Shown here piece after piece: positions 9,488-20,900 of a stretch of DNA of 64,000 nt. The position numbers and the translations under genes are program-made. The stretch comes from a virus: IMG/VR virus record IMGVR_UViG_3300005573_000055, positions 1 to 64,000 of that record. One strand, written 5' to 3'. The notes under the pieces are model-generated. The model ran no database searches and was not told the DNA's origin. It saw nothing but the letters and a program-made list of their open reading frames with translations. Every line of letters starts with the position of its first letter. The stretch's first letter is position 1.

Positions 9488-11739
9488 AATACAATTACAA
9501 TACACAAAAACTTGCCAATCTCCTTTACAGCGGTTCCAGAGGACGAGATTATAGATATTCTACATATCAACAGCTTTTTAATGTTATCACCGAACAGACA
9601 GACAGCTTTAAGAAATCAGTTTTTGATTATCTATCAAGCTTAAATGTATTTACATACGATCACAACGAGCTGGATGTTGTCTATCAAGCTGGAAGTATCC
9701 CAAGTAATACAACTTACACTGAATCGGAATATTCAGATATATACGATTGGCACCACAAAACCTTACCGTCAAAGTTAATCAAGATTGACAGTATCAATAT
9801 ACAAACTGATTCTTTATCAACAGAGTTAGAATTTACAAGCAATAAGTGTGAGCTTAATTTGTATGTCAACGAAGCTGATGTGTTTATTGATTTAAATGAA
9901 AGCTTTGCTGTTTATAATAAACCTCTGGAGATATCAATATATGGATTTGTAAAACCTGGTATTTTTATCAAGGAGATAGTCAGTTTTAACTATCCATCTA
10001 TAAAGAAAAGCAAATACAGGTGGATATTTATTGCTTATATAGAAACTTCTGATTCACAGAAGAGTGTTTATCTAAAGTATTCTCCGGGCCATAAAGGCAG
10101 TTTTACGGAAGATCCGCATATTGTTATATATAGGCCCGAAGAAACTGATATTCCCTACTCTGTATTTTGCGGCTCTGATGCCTCTAAAGTTACATATTAT
10201 ATTCCTACATCGGCCGACATAGAAATATGGCACTCTGGCCTTGGGGAGATGGAAGTCATTGAAGAGTTTATGCTTCTTGATGGTACAGGCTCTGAAATCA
10301 GTCCTGCTGGTGTATATTTCTCTGATGATAGATATATATATGCTATTGATAATTCCTATGTTTATTGCTACGACAAATGTCCTGATATACCTTTACTGGC
10401 AGCCACAGCTGAGGCAGAAAGAAGTTATGATCCAATGGTAAAACTCTTCGTTGATGTAAATGAGAGCATCAACATAGCAGGCAACTACAATCATATACGA
10501 TTAGACAAATCCATTGTGGCCTACAGGTTTCTTTATACAACAGACGGACAATCGTATAAAGTTTATGATCCTACAGATGGACAATGGAAAGCATTTAACG
10601 GGCAATGGTTTGATTACAATCCCAAAAACACTATTGGTTTTCTTTCAAAACAAATTACACTCGACAAAGAATTACTTTCCAGCGCCGATTTGCTCTTTAA
10701 GATTGATGTTCGTTTAAGCGATGGTTCTATTGAAAGTGATACATATCTCCTTGCAAGAAATGCAAGAGTTCCTCTTTGGCAGCTCGAACATAACATAGAA
10801 AATCCTTTGGATATATTCATCAATTCAAAGAGAATGTTAACCATTGTCTCTCAAGAAAATGGTTCTATTATCTATAATGTATTTAAGCTAGTCAAAGGAA
10901 CATATTTCAAAATGGATGATGGCCAATATATATTTGACCACATTCCAGATGGTATTACTGTATTCCCTGTAAATGTTCATACAAAGATTGATGATATTGC
11001 TACACTTGCGGGGCTAAATACAAAGCTTAATGATCTAGATTCGATAACTGGTTTTATACGTCAAGAAGGTGAAACAACATACGAGTTTATTGATTACTTG
11101 CTTTATGCTCTATTTAATCCACCGTCTGGGAATCTATCTGGTATGCAAAATGCCCTTGCATTGTCTACACGAAACCTTCCTAAAATTGCAGCAATATTAA
11201 CACCAAAGTTTGTAAATAATGCAACAAAAGCCCAGCGTATACTTACCCATTATGGTAAATATACAGGTTTAGACAATACAGGCACTTTCATTATTAATCC
11301 GCAAGATGAAGCTTATGAAACATTTGACGATATATGCAATGCTATTGCTGACTACTTTGAGGTTCCATATAAGAACCTCAATGTTTCATCCAAGCTCGTT
11401 AGCTTTATTAAACACATAGATACATTAAACTATGAATTAAAGTCATTTCATGTAGACCATGAAACAACAAAAGTATTCTTGCCGCTCATGCCTGATGAAG
11501 TTATTTATGATGTCCGCATAGATGGCCTATCTTATCAGTTATCTGACGACAGAAAAGCTGTGATTTTTGATAGCCCACAGAAAGATATAGTTATCTGGTA
11601 TAATGTCATTAAATCATATGTTTTATTGCAATATATACCTTTTGAAATCATTGAATACAGAAATGTGCTAAGCACGCCTAATGGTGCTGATGTACTAAAT
11701 TTACTTGACTTAGTATATCCAACACGATGGTCAAAGTAA
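9478..11739 (+). CDS. Putative baseplate/tail structural protein
   Basis: 753 aa, overlaps the baseplate J gene; assigned from context only. Confidence 0.5.
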   Translation: MAVKYNYNTQKLANLLYSGSRGRDYRYSTYQQLFNVITEQTDSFKKSVFDYLSSLNVFTYDHNELDVVYQAGSIPSNTTYTESEYSDIYDWHHKTLPSKLIKIDSINIQTDSLSTELEFTSNKCELNLYVNEADVFIDLNESFAVYNKPLEISIYGFVKPGIFIKEIVSFNYPSIKKSKYRWIFIAYIETSDSQKSVYLKYSPGHKGSFTEDPHIVIYRPEETDIPYSVFCGSDASKVTYYIPTSADIEIWHSGLGEMEVIEEFMLLDGTGSEISPAGVYFSDDRYIYAIDNSYVYCYDKCPDIPLLAATAEAERSYDPMVKLFVDVNESINIAGNYNHIRLDKSIVAYRFLYTTDGQSYKVYDPTDGQWKAFNGQWFDYNPKNTIGFLSKQITLDKELLSSADLLFKIDVRLSDGSIESDTYLLARNARVPLWQLEHNIENPLDIFINSKRMLTIVSQENGSIIYNVFKLVKGTYFKMDDGQYIFDHIPDGITVFPVNVHTKIDDIATLAGLNTKLNDLDSITGFIRQEGETTYEFIDYLLYALFNPPSGNLSGMQNALALSTRNLPKIAAILTPKFVNNATKAQRILTHYGKYTGLDNTGTFIINPQDEAYETFDDICNAIADYFEVPYKNLNVSSKLVSFIKHIDTLNYELKSFHVDHETTKVFLPLMPDEVIYDVRIDGLSYQLSDDRKAVIFDSPQKDIVIWYNVIKSYVLLQYIPFEIIEYRNVLSTPNGADVLNLLDLVYPTRWSK

Positions 11740-11782
11740 CCAACAAACAATCAATAAACAACCAAAATAAAGGAGGTTCATT

Positions 11783-12190
11783 ATGGCTCTTTTAGTTCCT
11801 GATGCAGGTGAAGTTAAATTATTAGAAATGGCTCTCAAAGATGCAACTCCACCAGCTCAAACATTGAGACTTTTCGTTAACGACAAAACACCAGCTGAAA
11901 GTGATACTTTAGCCTCTTACACAGAAATGTCTACAAATGGATATGCAGCAAAGTCGCTTGCTCGTGCTAACTGGACTGCCACTACTTCTGGCGGGGTTAC
12001 AACTATATCATATCCAACTCAGACATTTACTTTCACAGCTGGACCTGCTACCACAGTTTATGGATATTACATAACAATAAACGATGGTGGTACAGAAAAA
12101 CTCTTGTGGGCAGAACGATTTCCATATCCGCCTACAATATCAAATGCAGGTGATGAAATAAGAATTACACCTAAAATCTCGGCTGAATAA
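11783..12190 (+). CDS. Conserved small virion structural protein
   Basis: AAGGAGG RBS. The LRLF.ND.TP...YTE...GYA...W...F.FT...VYGYY...LLWAERF pattern is widespread in phage structural modules. Confidence 0.65.
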   Translation: MALLVPDAGEVKLLEMALKDATPPAQTLRLFVNDKTPAESDTLASYTEMSTNGYAAKSLARANWTATTSGGVTTISYPTQTFTFTAGPATTVYGYYITINDGGTEKLLWAERFPYPPTISNAGDEIRITPKISAE

Positions 12191-12205
12191 TCAGTTATAT
12201 AGAAA

Positions 12206-14041
12206 ATGCTTGGGAATATTCTACTTGGCGAAGCGCTACCTGGAAATATCTACGGTAGCGCTAAGCGTATATATGAAATAGATGCATCTGGACTCATAAC
12301 ATTTGCTGCTGGAGCTAGCTATAATGACTCTTTCTACAGAGATGGCAGCGGTGTGTTTATTCTTTCGTCAAGTGGAATAGTATCTCTAAGATACGACTAT
12401 GCACCTTTAGGCATTCTTTCTTTATCTGGAGATGGTTCTTATTTAACTACTAACATAATTATTCCAGCTGGCGGCATTACATTTTCTCGTGAGTCTGGCC
12501 TTAATATTATCTTTAATGGCGGAAGCGTTCCTGTATATACGCTTTCTGGAACAGCTGATAACAGTAAATTATATAGTTTTATACCTTCTGGCTCTATATC
12601 TTACAGCGGTTCATCTGATAAGAGTCTGAGAATTTCCCCTGCAGTCTCAGGAAATATTAATTTCAGCTCTGCATCTTCAGTTTCTTCTAAGTTTGATATT
12701 ATAAGCAGCGGCGGACTTATCTTTGGTGGCAATGCTCAGATTGTAATTGATGTATTTGGCGGCTATATTTATCTTAGTGGCAGTTCTTCGATATCAAAAG
12801 CTTATCAAATGCCAAGCGGAGGAAAGTTATCATCACTTGGCGGAAGTGCATTTATGGACCTTTATAGCTACATGCCGCAGCTGCAAAACTTAAACTTTGG
12901 CGGCTCCGCACAAACTATTTTCTCCCCTTCCTTTGCAAATACATACAGCATTATTTTCAGCAGCTCAGCTTCTACTCTGCAAAAGCTAAACTTTGAAGGA
13001 CAAGGTTCAGCTAATTTAAGTGGGAATGCAGATAAAAGCGTTATTCGGCTCTTCTCTGGAGATGGTACATTTGGCACATTTGGCGGAAGTGGTTTTGGTA
13101 ATATATATGCATTTGTTGCAAATGGTACTCTTACAGTAGTGCCGCAGGCTGTAAAGACTTATTCTATAAATTACTCTTCTATAGGCAGCTTTTCATTAAG
13201 CGATGCAGGCATAAATCAATATACATATAGTTATACCAGCTCTGGAAGTTTAAGCCTCCAAGAGTCAGGCATTGTAAATAAAGTTTTCAAGTATACACCA
13301 TTAGGCGCTTTAACTTTATCTGCTACAGCTATTCAGCCAATAACGAAACTTACATTGAATGTTGATGGTGCTATTAGTTTCTCAAATGCTGCGAGCTACT
13401 CGGTTAAACTTAATATTCTGAGTGATGCTGCAGTGCTTTCCTTTGGCGGAGAGGCCCAAAAGGCTGTTTATACGGAATATTACGCTAATGGAGATATATT
13501 CTTAGATGGTGGAAATTCCTATAAATTTATAGCAATAACTCCTGCAAGCGGCACAATGGCGCTCGATAATAAAACAGCTTACAGTTTTGGATTTATCAAT
13601 GAGAATACATCAACTATCAATCTTGTTGGACAATCTGTATATGCTATATCAAAAGTTTTAAGTGGCAATGGTGGTATCGTTACCAGCGGAGAAGCTGATA
13701 AGAAAGTTATAAAAATTCACGATGCTGATGGCAGTCTTTCATTTAGTGTATCTGGCTCTTATGTAAATTCATTTATGTATATGGGAAACGGACAATTTAC
13801 ATATACAACACCAAATGTGCCGTTTATTATGAAAATAAATTATATACCTGATATAGGTATAACATTTACACCCGATGCCAAATTAAGCTTTAGACTTATA
13901 TATATACCAGATATTGAAATTTCACTTAACATGGCTATAACTGCATTTGATTTTAAAACATTTGATATTTATGCTAACATCAAAGATTTGCTTAGTAATA
14001 TGCAGACAGATAATTTCCTTGAAATTCAAAATAAAGATTAA
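12206..14041 (+). CDS. Gly/Ser-rich repeat structural protein
   Basis: 611 aa of ~20-aa SG.(I/L).(F/L)SG.A repeats. This gene type typically pairs with the preceding gene. Confidence 0.55.
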   Translation: MLGNILLGEALPGNIYGSAKRIYEIDASGLITFAAGASYNDSFYRDGSGVFILSSSGIVSLRYDYAPLGILSLSGDGSYLTTNIIIPAGGITFSRESGLNIIFNGGSVPVYTLSGTADNSKLYSFIPSGSISYSGSSDKSLRISPAVSGNINFSSASSVSSKFDIISSGGLIFGGNAQIVIDVFGGYIYLSGSSSISKAYQMPSGGKLSSLGGSAFMDLYSYMPQLQNLNFGGSAQTIFSPSFANTYSIIFSSSASTLQKLNFEGQGSANLSGNADKSVIRLFSGDGTFGTFGGSGFGNIYAFVANGTLTVVPQAVKTYSINYSSIGSFSLSDAGINQYTYSYTSSGSLSLQESGIVNKVFKYTPLGALTLSATAIQPITKLTLNVDGAISFSNAASYSVKLNILSDAAVLSFGGEAQKAVYTEYYANGDIFLDGGNSYKFIAITPASGTMALDNKTAYSFGFINENTSTINLVGQSVYAISKVLSGNGGIVTSGEADKKVIKIHDADGSLSFSVSGSYVNSFMYMGNGQFTYTTPNVPFIMKINYIPDIGITFTPDAKLSFRLIYIPDIEISLNMAITAFDFKTFDIYANIKDLLSNMQTDNFLEIQNKD

Positions 14042-14050
14042 GGAGTTGAC

Positions 14051-14728
14051 ATGAATATCTTAATACTACCAAAAAGATGGAAATGGGATAAACACGCTTT
14101 TATTGGAAATGATTATGCTTTTAAATATATAGCTGTTGATATCAATGACATCCAAAATCTTCCGAGACAGTCAGGACTGATTGGGAGGGATATTAACATA
14201 GCTTTGACTACTGATAAATCTAAGATAATAATAGAACCCTCAGCCTTGAGTTTTATCAATACAGAGGGTTATTTATATCCAGAATGTGCACTGCATAAAA
14301 TAATTGAGATAAACGAGCCAGGCTCTTATACATATCAACTCCCGGAAGATCCTGATATGTCATTCCCGATACTTGTTGGATATTACCAGCGAACAGGTGC
14401 TGGTGTTATTTTTAATAAAATACCATTTACATACAATGCCGATACAAGAGTAATATCTTTTAGTCTTAGCAGCAATTTTCCTGCTCCACAGACGAAGGTA
14501 TATGAAGGAAGCACTGTATATCTTGATTATTTCCCTGTTAAAGTATCTGGTTCTTATACAAGTGTTGATGAACTGTCTGGTATTGTCGTACGTTCATCAA
14601 GTACCGGCGCCATATCCTACCAAATAGGATGCCTTGTAAGTTTTGTCCCGCTTAAAGTTATCAAAAAACCTGTAGTTTTACATATCGAAGATGAGTTATC
14701 TGACAATCAATTTATATGTCTTCGATGA
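14051..14728 (+). CDS. Hypothetical structural protein
   Basis: 225 aa ORF with AGGAG RBS. Confidence 0.55.
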   Translation: MNILILPKRWKWDKHAFIGNDYAFKYIAVDINDIQNLPRQSGLIGRDINIALTTDKSKIIIEPSALSFINTEGYLYPECALHKIIEINEPGSYTYQLPEDPDMSFPILVGYYQRTGAGVIFNKIPFTYNADTRVISFSLSSNFPAPQTKVYEGSTVYLDYFPVKVSGSYTSVDELSGIVVRSSSTGAISYQIGCLVSFVPLKVIKKPVVLHIEDELSDNQFICLR

Positions 14729-14737
14729 TAATGTATT

Positions 14738-14808
14738 ATGCTAAATCGATTTTTGATAGATTTTCATTGATTTAGCATTTGCACACCGATTTATTTGTTA
14801 CATAAAAT
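14738..14808 (+). promoter_or_regulatory. Intergenic hairpin followed by a possible sigma70-like promoter
   Basis: Inverted repeat atgctaaatc...gatttagcat, then TTGCAC (14779), an 18 nt spacer and TAAAAT (14803). Confidence 0.3.
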
Positions 14809-14846
14809 TTCTACTACTCATTGATTTACATTTTATCGGGGATTAT

Positions 14847-15452
14847 ATGCCAACACCGCTTAATTTAATCAATATTGAACAGTTGATACGCAACAAGCTT
14901 CAGGCTTTTATCCGCAAAACATACAATGTTCAAAACGTCTTGCAAGATATAAATAATCTTGTCGGTCAAGACAATCACAGCGATCTAATAGATTCGCTTA
15001 AGAAATTATACACATATGTTGGCTATGCAAATACATTTAGTTTTATGCGCTTTCTTGACAGAAGATATGAAAACATCTTTTCAAGTAAGCAATATCATAT
15101 TAAGTTTTATAAATCTCCAAGCTTTGCTAAAGCTCTGAGAGTTATACCATCAAGCTACTGTCAAAGCGGTGATTTAGCTGTAGGCTATTATTCCAATGAC
15201 AGAATACACAACATTAACAGTAAAGCTGGTTCGATTGCACTTTCTTATATAGAAGAAGGGCTTATATCTCTGCCTATGGCCTACGCGCTGCATGGATTTT
15301 ACAACTTTGCCGGGCTGCCTGTGCCGAATATCAACACAATACACGTCAATGTTGATCAAGATATAGACACTACTACACTCAAACAAGATATTTCTGCTTA
15401 TCTGCCTGCTGGAACAAATGTTATTGTATCTGATAACACTGAAATAATCTAA
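14847..15452 (+). CDS. Hypothetical structural protein
   Basis: 201 aa ORF in the structural operon. Confidence 0.5.
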   Translation: MPTPLNLINIEQLIRNKLQAFIRKTYNVQNVLQDINNLVGQDNHSDLIDSLKKLYTYVGYANTFSFMRFLDRRYENIFSSKQYHIKFYKSPSFAKALRVIPSSYCQSGDLAVGYYSNDRIHNINSKAGSIALSYIEEGLISLPMAYALHGFYNFAGLPVPNINTIHVNVDQDIDTTTLKQDISAYLPAGTNVIVSDNTEII

Positions 15453-15453
15453 T

Positions 15454-16410
15454 ATGAAAATAGGCAACTTAAACATCGACAAGACGGGCCTGCATTTAAT
15501 AAAAGGTCATTATCACATAGATAAAGACCATCAGCGATACAAAGCTACCCCCTACCCTACGATGCAGGTTACTGAAATCCATGATACACTTTACAAGGCA
15601 GACAAGTCTATTTCGGCATCGGTCAAAATACAATTTGAAAACCTTGACGTTCTTCAAGATTTAAGATACATACTTATATTTTATGAAGTAACTAAATACC
15701 AGGTTAACCTTCCATCCGTTGTAACAGTGATTTATCTACAGTCTAAAGACATACTCTGTGAATTGCCGATATTTGTCAATACAAATGATTTATACACAAT
15801 AAAGCAGGTGCCTTTATATCTCGATAAGTCTATAAGATACTCATTTTATGCTCTCTATCTTGATAGCAGTCATAATCCTATCATGAATGGCGATGTTCCT
15901 TATTTCTCGGCCGACATTAATAAAATAATTACCGGGCTGGCCTATAACGAAACCCTCTTTGGTGTTAAAGATTTAGTAATTATCTCTCCAAAGATAGATG
16001 CGTTGGACTTAAACGATATTGGCTTTAGCAATCCTGTAGAGATTGATACAACAACAATTGAATTAAGTTGGCTTAATATGGAACGACTTTCTGATTCTGA
16101 CTTTCTTAAAGAATACGACTCCAGTGATGTATTTAGGTTTACTGATACATTCAACCAAATGTGGGAATTAAAGCCTGTTAACTTTCAGCATGTTGATTAT
16201 TATGCTATATATGTATTTGAAAACAATACAGGCTTTAGACCTACATATCAATATCCATTTGGTATAATACCAAAACAATCGCTGCATCCCCAGCCAAATG
16301 AAGCAAATGGCAGATGGATACTTTATGGCACTACCAAAGAAAATAGTGCTACGATAGAACTTAATCCTGGTGTATTTGCTGGAATATTTGTGGGAGTAAA
16401 GCTGTTATAA
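15454..16410 (+). CDS. Hypothetical structural protein (C-terminal domain shared with the next gene)
   Basis: 318 aa; C-terminal F..V..Y.I.....P...YP...W...FVGVK.L motif. Confidence 0.55.
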   Translation: MKIGNLNIDKTGLHLIKGHYHIDKDHQRYKATPYPTMQVTEIHDTLYKADKSISASVKIQFENLDVLQDLRYILIFYEVTKYQVNLPSVVTVIYLQSKDILCELPIFVNTNDLYTIKQVPLYLDKSIRYSFYALYLDSSHNPIMNGDVPYFSADINKIITGLAYNETLFGVKDLVIISPKIDALDLNDIGFSNPVEIDTTTIELSWLNMERLSDSDFLKEYDSSDVFRFTDTFNQMWELKPVNFQHVDYYAIYVFENNTGFRPTYQYPFGIIPKQSLHPQPNEANGRWILYGTTKENSATIELNPGVFAGIFVGVKLL

Positions 16411-16411
16411 T

Positions 16412-17704
16412 ATGGCATATATATTTAAAGACGGATTTATAGGACTTCTTAAAACACCTTCTGCTTACAGCAGACGGCCTGTTGTAAGCGATATTACTGT
16501 TCAGGTTTTAGAATATGTGCGCAATACAGTTTTTACAGGCACTTCGACAGCTAAGTTTGATATCACCAATCTTGATATAGATGCTCATTCTTTATCTTAC
16601 ATATCTGCTGTAAATGTAGAAATTGCCGACTATAGGACGGCAAGTGAGTTTTTAGTTTCAAATCAAGATATGCCTACATCATGGCTTGCTCTTAAAACTG
16701 TAAACTTGTCGGAAGAGCTTAAAAATTACGATTTATCACTAAGCTTTCTTATAGACGGCGTTCCAGCCAAACCAGAAGGTATGTATCACAAATTCAGAAT
16801 ACAGCTTTTATCCAGAGATGGACTTCCAGCTGTATTCAGGGTACTGCCAAGCAACGCTTTCATTAAAGGTAAGTTTTATGGCAGAACTTTTATGGCCGAT
16901 GAAGACCAGGGGTGGGCTGAGGATCGTCTTCAAGGTTTTAGTTTCAATGTGTATGATGGCTCTCGTTATCTTGTAAGCAGTAAGCCTTTTGTTTGTATTA
17001 CAAATGGCACTAAAGACCTAATGTTTGCCGATATCGGTATAGATTTACCAGATTTAGATGAAGCTTATCTTTGTGGTGTATCATCAACTTATTATTATGT
17101 CTTAGGCGAAGATGGATTTGGATATAAATTTAATGGCATAGACGATATTGGAGAAATAGTTGGTGTTAAAGAACTTTATGTCGAATATATATATAATACT
17201 TGGGTCAAAGGAAGACTTCCAAAGGCACTAAAGTTAAACAAAAACTCGGTAAGACTTAAGTTTTCCAATATGTTTATGCAGAATGGTTTGGTTGATGGCA
17301 CACTGGCCAATGGAGAAAAAGTTACACTCGATAGTGATAAATTCAAAAATGTTCAATCATATGTTATTTTTATTTATATAAGTGATAAAAATAAGGAGCC
17401 TGATACTTTCTACCCGGCAAATGACAATAAGTGGTTCATGAAAGATGAAATTATAGCTCCAAGAATTTCATGTAAAGATATGCCTTATATTACATATACA
17501 GTATCCGACCTGCCTTATGGCAAGTATGTAGCTTTCTTTGTTGGTGTAAAAGGTCTTGTATCGAAAACTCTCATTCCTGCTGCACCTCCTGAAAATCTTG
17601 TAAAGTTTAATCATGTATATAGTGACGACGAGCTTTTACCTGATATATCGCTAAGCGGTAATGCTCAAGCAACATTTAATGGAACTCCAATTATAGCAGA
17701 ATAG
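16412..17704 (+). CDS. Hypothetical structural protein (shares a domain with the preceding gene)
   Basis: 430 aa; FKNVQSYVIFIY...PDTFYP...W...FFVGVKGL. Confidence 0.55.
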   Translation: MAYIFKDGFIGLLKTPSAYSRRPVVSDITVQVLEYVRNTVFTGTSTAKFDITNLDIDAHSLSYISAVNVEIADYRTASEFLVSNQDMPTSWLALKTVNLSEELKNYDLSLSFLIDGVPAKPEGMYHKFRIQLLSRDGLPAVFRVLPSNAFIKGKFYGRTFMADEDQGWAEDRLQGFSFNVYDGSRYLVSSKPFVCITNGTKDLMFADIGIDLPDLDEAYLCGVSSTYYYVLGEDGFGYKFNGIDDIGEIVGVKELYVEYIYNTWVKGRLPKALKLNKNSVRLKFSNMFMQNGLVDGTLANGEKVTLDSDKFKNVQSYVIFIYISDKNKEPDTFYPANDNKWFMKDEIIAPRISCKDMPYITYTVSDLPYGKYVAFFVGVKGLVSKTLIPAAPPENLVKFNHVYSDDELLPDISLSGNAQATFNGTPIIAE

Positions 17705-17705
17705 C

Positions 17706-17990
17706 ATGGCAGATACTATAACAGCATACTGTGGACTTTTCTATATAAAAGACATCCTCGAGCAAGAAAGTATTGTTCGTACTTATGCTGGCTATGGAGA
17801 TCCAAATCTTAAAGATCCGTCTTATTTTTATCCAAAGCCAAGACCTAATGATATCTATCTTCAGTTAGATACAGATCCTGTTGTACAATGGGTATATACA
17901 AAATATCGCGTTTGGGTTCCTATAGGTTTAAGATATGATCCATTTCCGCCAGACGATACATTAATCTTTGACATAAAGAAATCACAATAG
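17706..17990 (+). CDS. Hypothetical protein
   Basis: 94 aa, tightly packed in the operon. Confidence 0.5.
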   Translation: MADTITAYCGLFYIKDILEQESIVRTYAGYGDPNLKDPSYFYPKPRPNDIYLQLDTDPVVQWVYTKYRVWVPIGLRYDPFPPDDTLIFDIKKSQ

Positions 17991-17999
17991 CAGAGGCTT

Positions 18000-20900
18000 A
18001 TGGCAAGGAATATCCAAAATATTGAACATGAACAGACTTACATCATAAGAATCTATCACACCACAGATGATTTTGAAGGACGTATCGGCAGTGGTGTTAA
18101 TAATCTTCACATTTACGCTCAAGCGGTTAAATCCTTAGATGAACAGCCTGATTTTAATAAAGCCTCTCTCATTGACATAATCACAAATGTAGACCTTCGC
18201 CCGTCATATGCCTTAGTTTCCTCTGAATTGCGTGAGTCTTATAGAGCTGACGAACTTCTTTTAAGAGACAAGCAAGCACGTCCTTTAGGCCATCCTGATT
18301 TTGAGAGACCGCTTCATGGCCCAAATAACTTATATCCATATGAATTTAAGAATTACATTAATGGATGTTACTACTATATATGGGTTTTAGCTGAAGATAA
18401 AGCTGGCAACTTAGAACTTCTAAATGAAGAAGGACCTAACAGCCTCAATGAACCTCTTATCACCACAGAGAGACTTGTTGATAATGTTGCACCAAATTTT
18501 GACACAACTGAATTCCTTGGTGATGCCAGCCTTGTGGATGGATGGTATAGAGTTAACCTTAAAAGTGAAATATCAACACTAACAGCATTTCTTACATGGT
18601 TTCAAGAGCGATATATTCTTGCCTTTAAGGTTGAAAACAATCAACATTATAGATATATAACTGATTATACATATGACCAAAGCGGTCCATACTTTAAGTT
18701 TAAGCTCAACTACCAATCTGACTTACCAAGCACAATCACATCTTGTTATTTAACCAAAGAAGCTACATGTACGGCTGGCATTGGCAGAATGGATTTAAGT
18801 TTTCCTGGATCTGATGATGCTTCTTTATATGGCTATCTTATAGAACGTCTATGGGATGTATCTACAGATGAAAGTCCTGCCATTGATGGCAATGTTGCAT
18901 ATCAAAAAATCTGTGGGCTTTCAGTTGATGTATCTTATACAGACCGCGGGCTTAAAATACCAAGACTTGATTTGCTTGACGATGATAAACGACATTTTAT
19001 CTATAAGATTACACCCGTAAGTTTATATACCACTGATGGCGAAAAACTGGCAGATGATTATTCAAATGCAATATTGGGTATATCGACTTTTGTTTGGGAT
19101 ATACCAAATATAAATGTTTACTATCCTGCCGTAGGCAAACAGCCAAAACAGCTAATACTTGCAAAATCAAACGGTGATGCTTCTTTATGGTTTAATAATT
19201 CATTTAACGACGGCAAAATAGAACTTTACTGGTGCATGAAAGGCTCTGATGATGGCAGCCAGCCTGAATCATCAGTCGATGAGAATGGCGATCTTGCAGG
19301 CTATGAAATACAAAGAGCAAGAATAACTCAAGATGGGAATAGTGATCCTATACAAGAAACCTGGGTTACAATTGTAAGTTCAGAAAAAGAAGCTTTCCCC
19401 TCTACACCAATTTTTGACCGTTCATTTGCCGATGTTAATCTCGAATCATACAGGCCTTATCCAGATGACCCAGATTTTTATGTTACATATAAATATAGAA
19501 TACGTGCTTATGATTATGGCGGTAATGTTGGTCAATGGTCTTATTTTAACGGCGACAATGCTATAGCAGCTAATGACACAACACCGCCTAATAAAGATAA
19601 TTTTGAACTTAAAGTCACTGGCAAAATTGGCGCATGGGCAATTGAGTTCTTTGATAACACACCAGATCCTCAAACCGTTGAAATAGAATTGCGCAGATAT
19701 TTAGTTGATGAAGATAATAATCAGATTGCAGACAGTTATAAAGAATTTGCACGTATTCCCGTTAAAAATGGAGTTGCATATTACTTTGACACTGGCGGCT
19801 CTGATTCTACGGTATTATATGCAAGATATTCTGTCCGCGGCCGTGATAAGAACAATAACTGGTCTGATTGGACTGCTTACACGTCTAGAGTTGGCAGTAA
19901 AACACCCGACATGGCAATGGATTCATATCCGCCAAAAGCACCTACAAATGTTGTTGCTGAATACAAACAGGACCCTGTAGATCCAGATCATGGTATTTAT
20001 AGAAGATATATTAATATCACATGGACGCTGCCGACTGAAGAAGAACTATTGCCATCCTCCGATATAATTGCTGTTGATGCAGCCAATAAACTTATAACCG
20101 TTGATATACAAAGTGTTCAAAGTTCAGCATTTATTGGCAAAAAGCTGCGTATCCTTACAGGACAGCGTAAAGATGCGGAATTTATAATTGAAGATAACAT
20201 TGGCGCTTCAATACAACTTAAGTCAGATGCAGATTTATCCAATATACAAGCTGGAGATAAAGCTGAAGTTGTTGATGAGCTCAGTGACTTAGACGGCTGT
20301 ATTGTATTTAAGAGACCGTCTGATGCTCAAGCTCCTGAACAAGCATGGATACTGCTTCGAGACACTAATTCAAAGAATATCAACAGCTATCAAGAATTCA
20401 ACTATCAAACCGGTAAATGGATATATGGTGTATCTGCATATGATACATCTGGCAATGAATCTAAGATTGCAGAAAGTGCTGAAATAGAAATATTAGATCT
20501 TGTTCCTCCACTTGAAGTTAAAGTAACTACCGCAATTGCTGGTGCGGGAAGTTTAACATTCTTCTGGCCGCAGAAAGACTTAGACGTACTCCTATATCGT
20601 ATATATATCAAAGATGCCAACGGCAAATCAGTTCTCAACAGTCAAGGTCGATATGCTACGCCTGACCAAAGAACAGACACAATGTATTATGCCGCAACTT
20701 CGACTAATGTGTTCACACTTTTTGACGTCACTGATACATATGACAATATCAAAAATTATCAGGTCGGCATCCAAGCTGTTGATATTGCCAATAATGTATC
20801 AATACTGACATATGAACCAATTACAAATAAGATTGAAGGCACCTTTAAACCAGCTGGTAATGTTGAGCCAAAAAGCATTAATGTAACTCCGCTTAATCCT

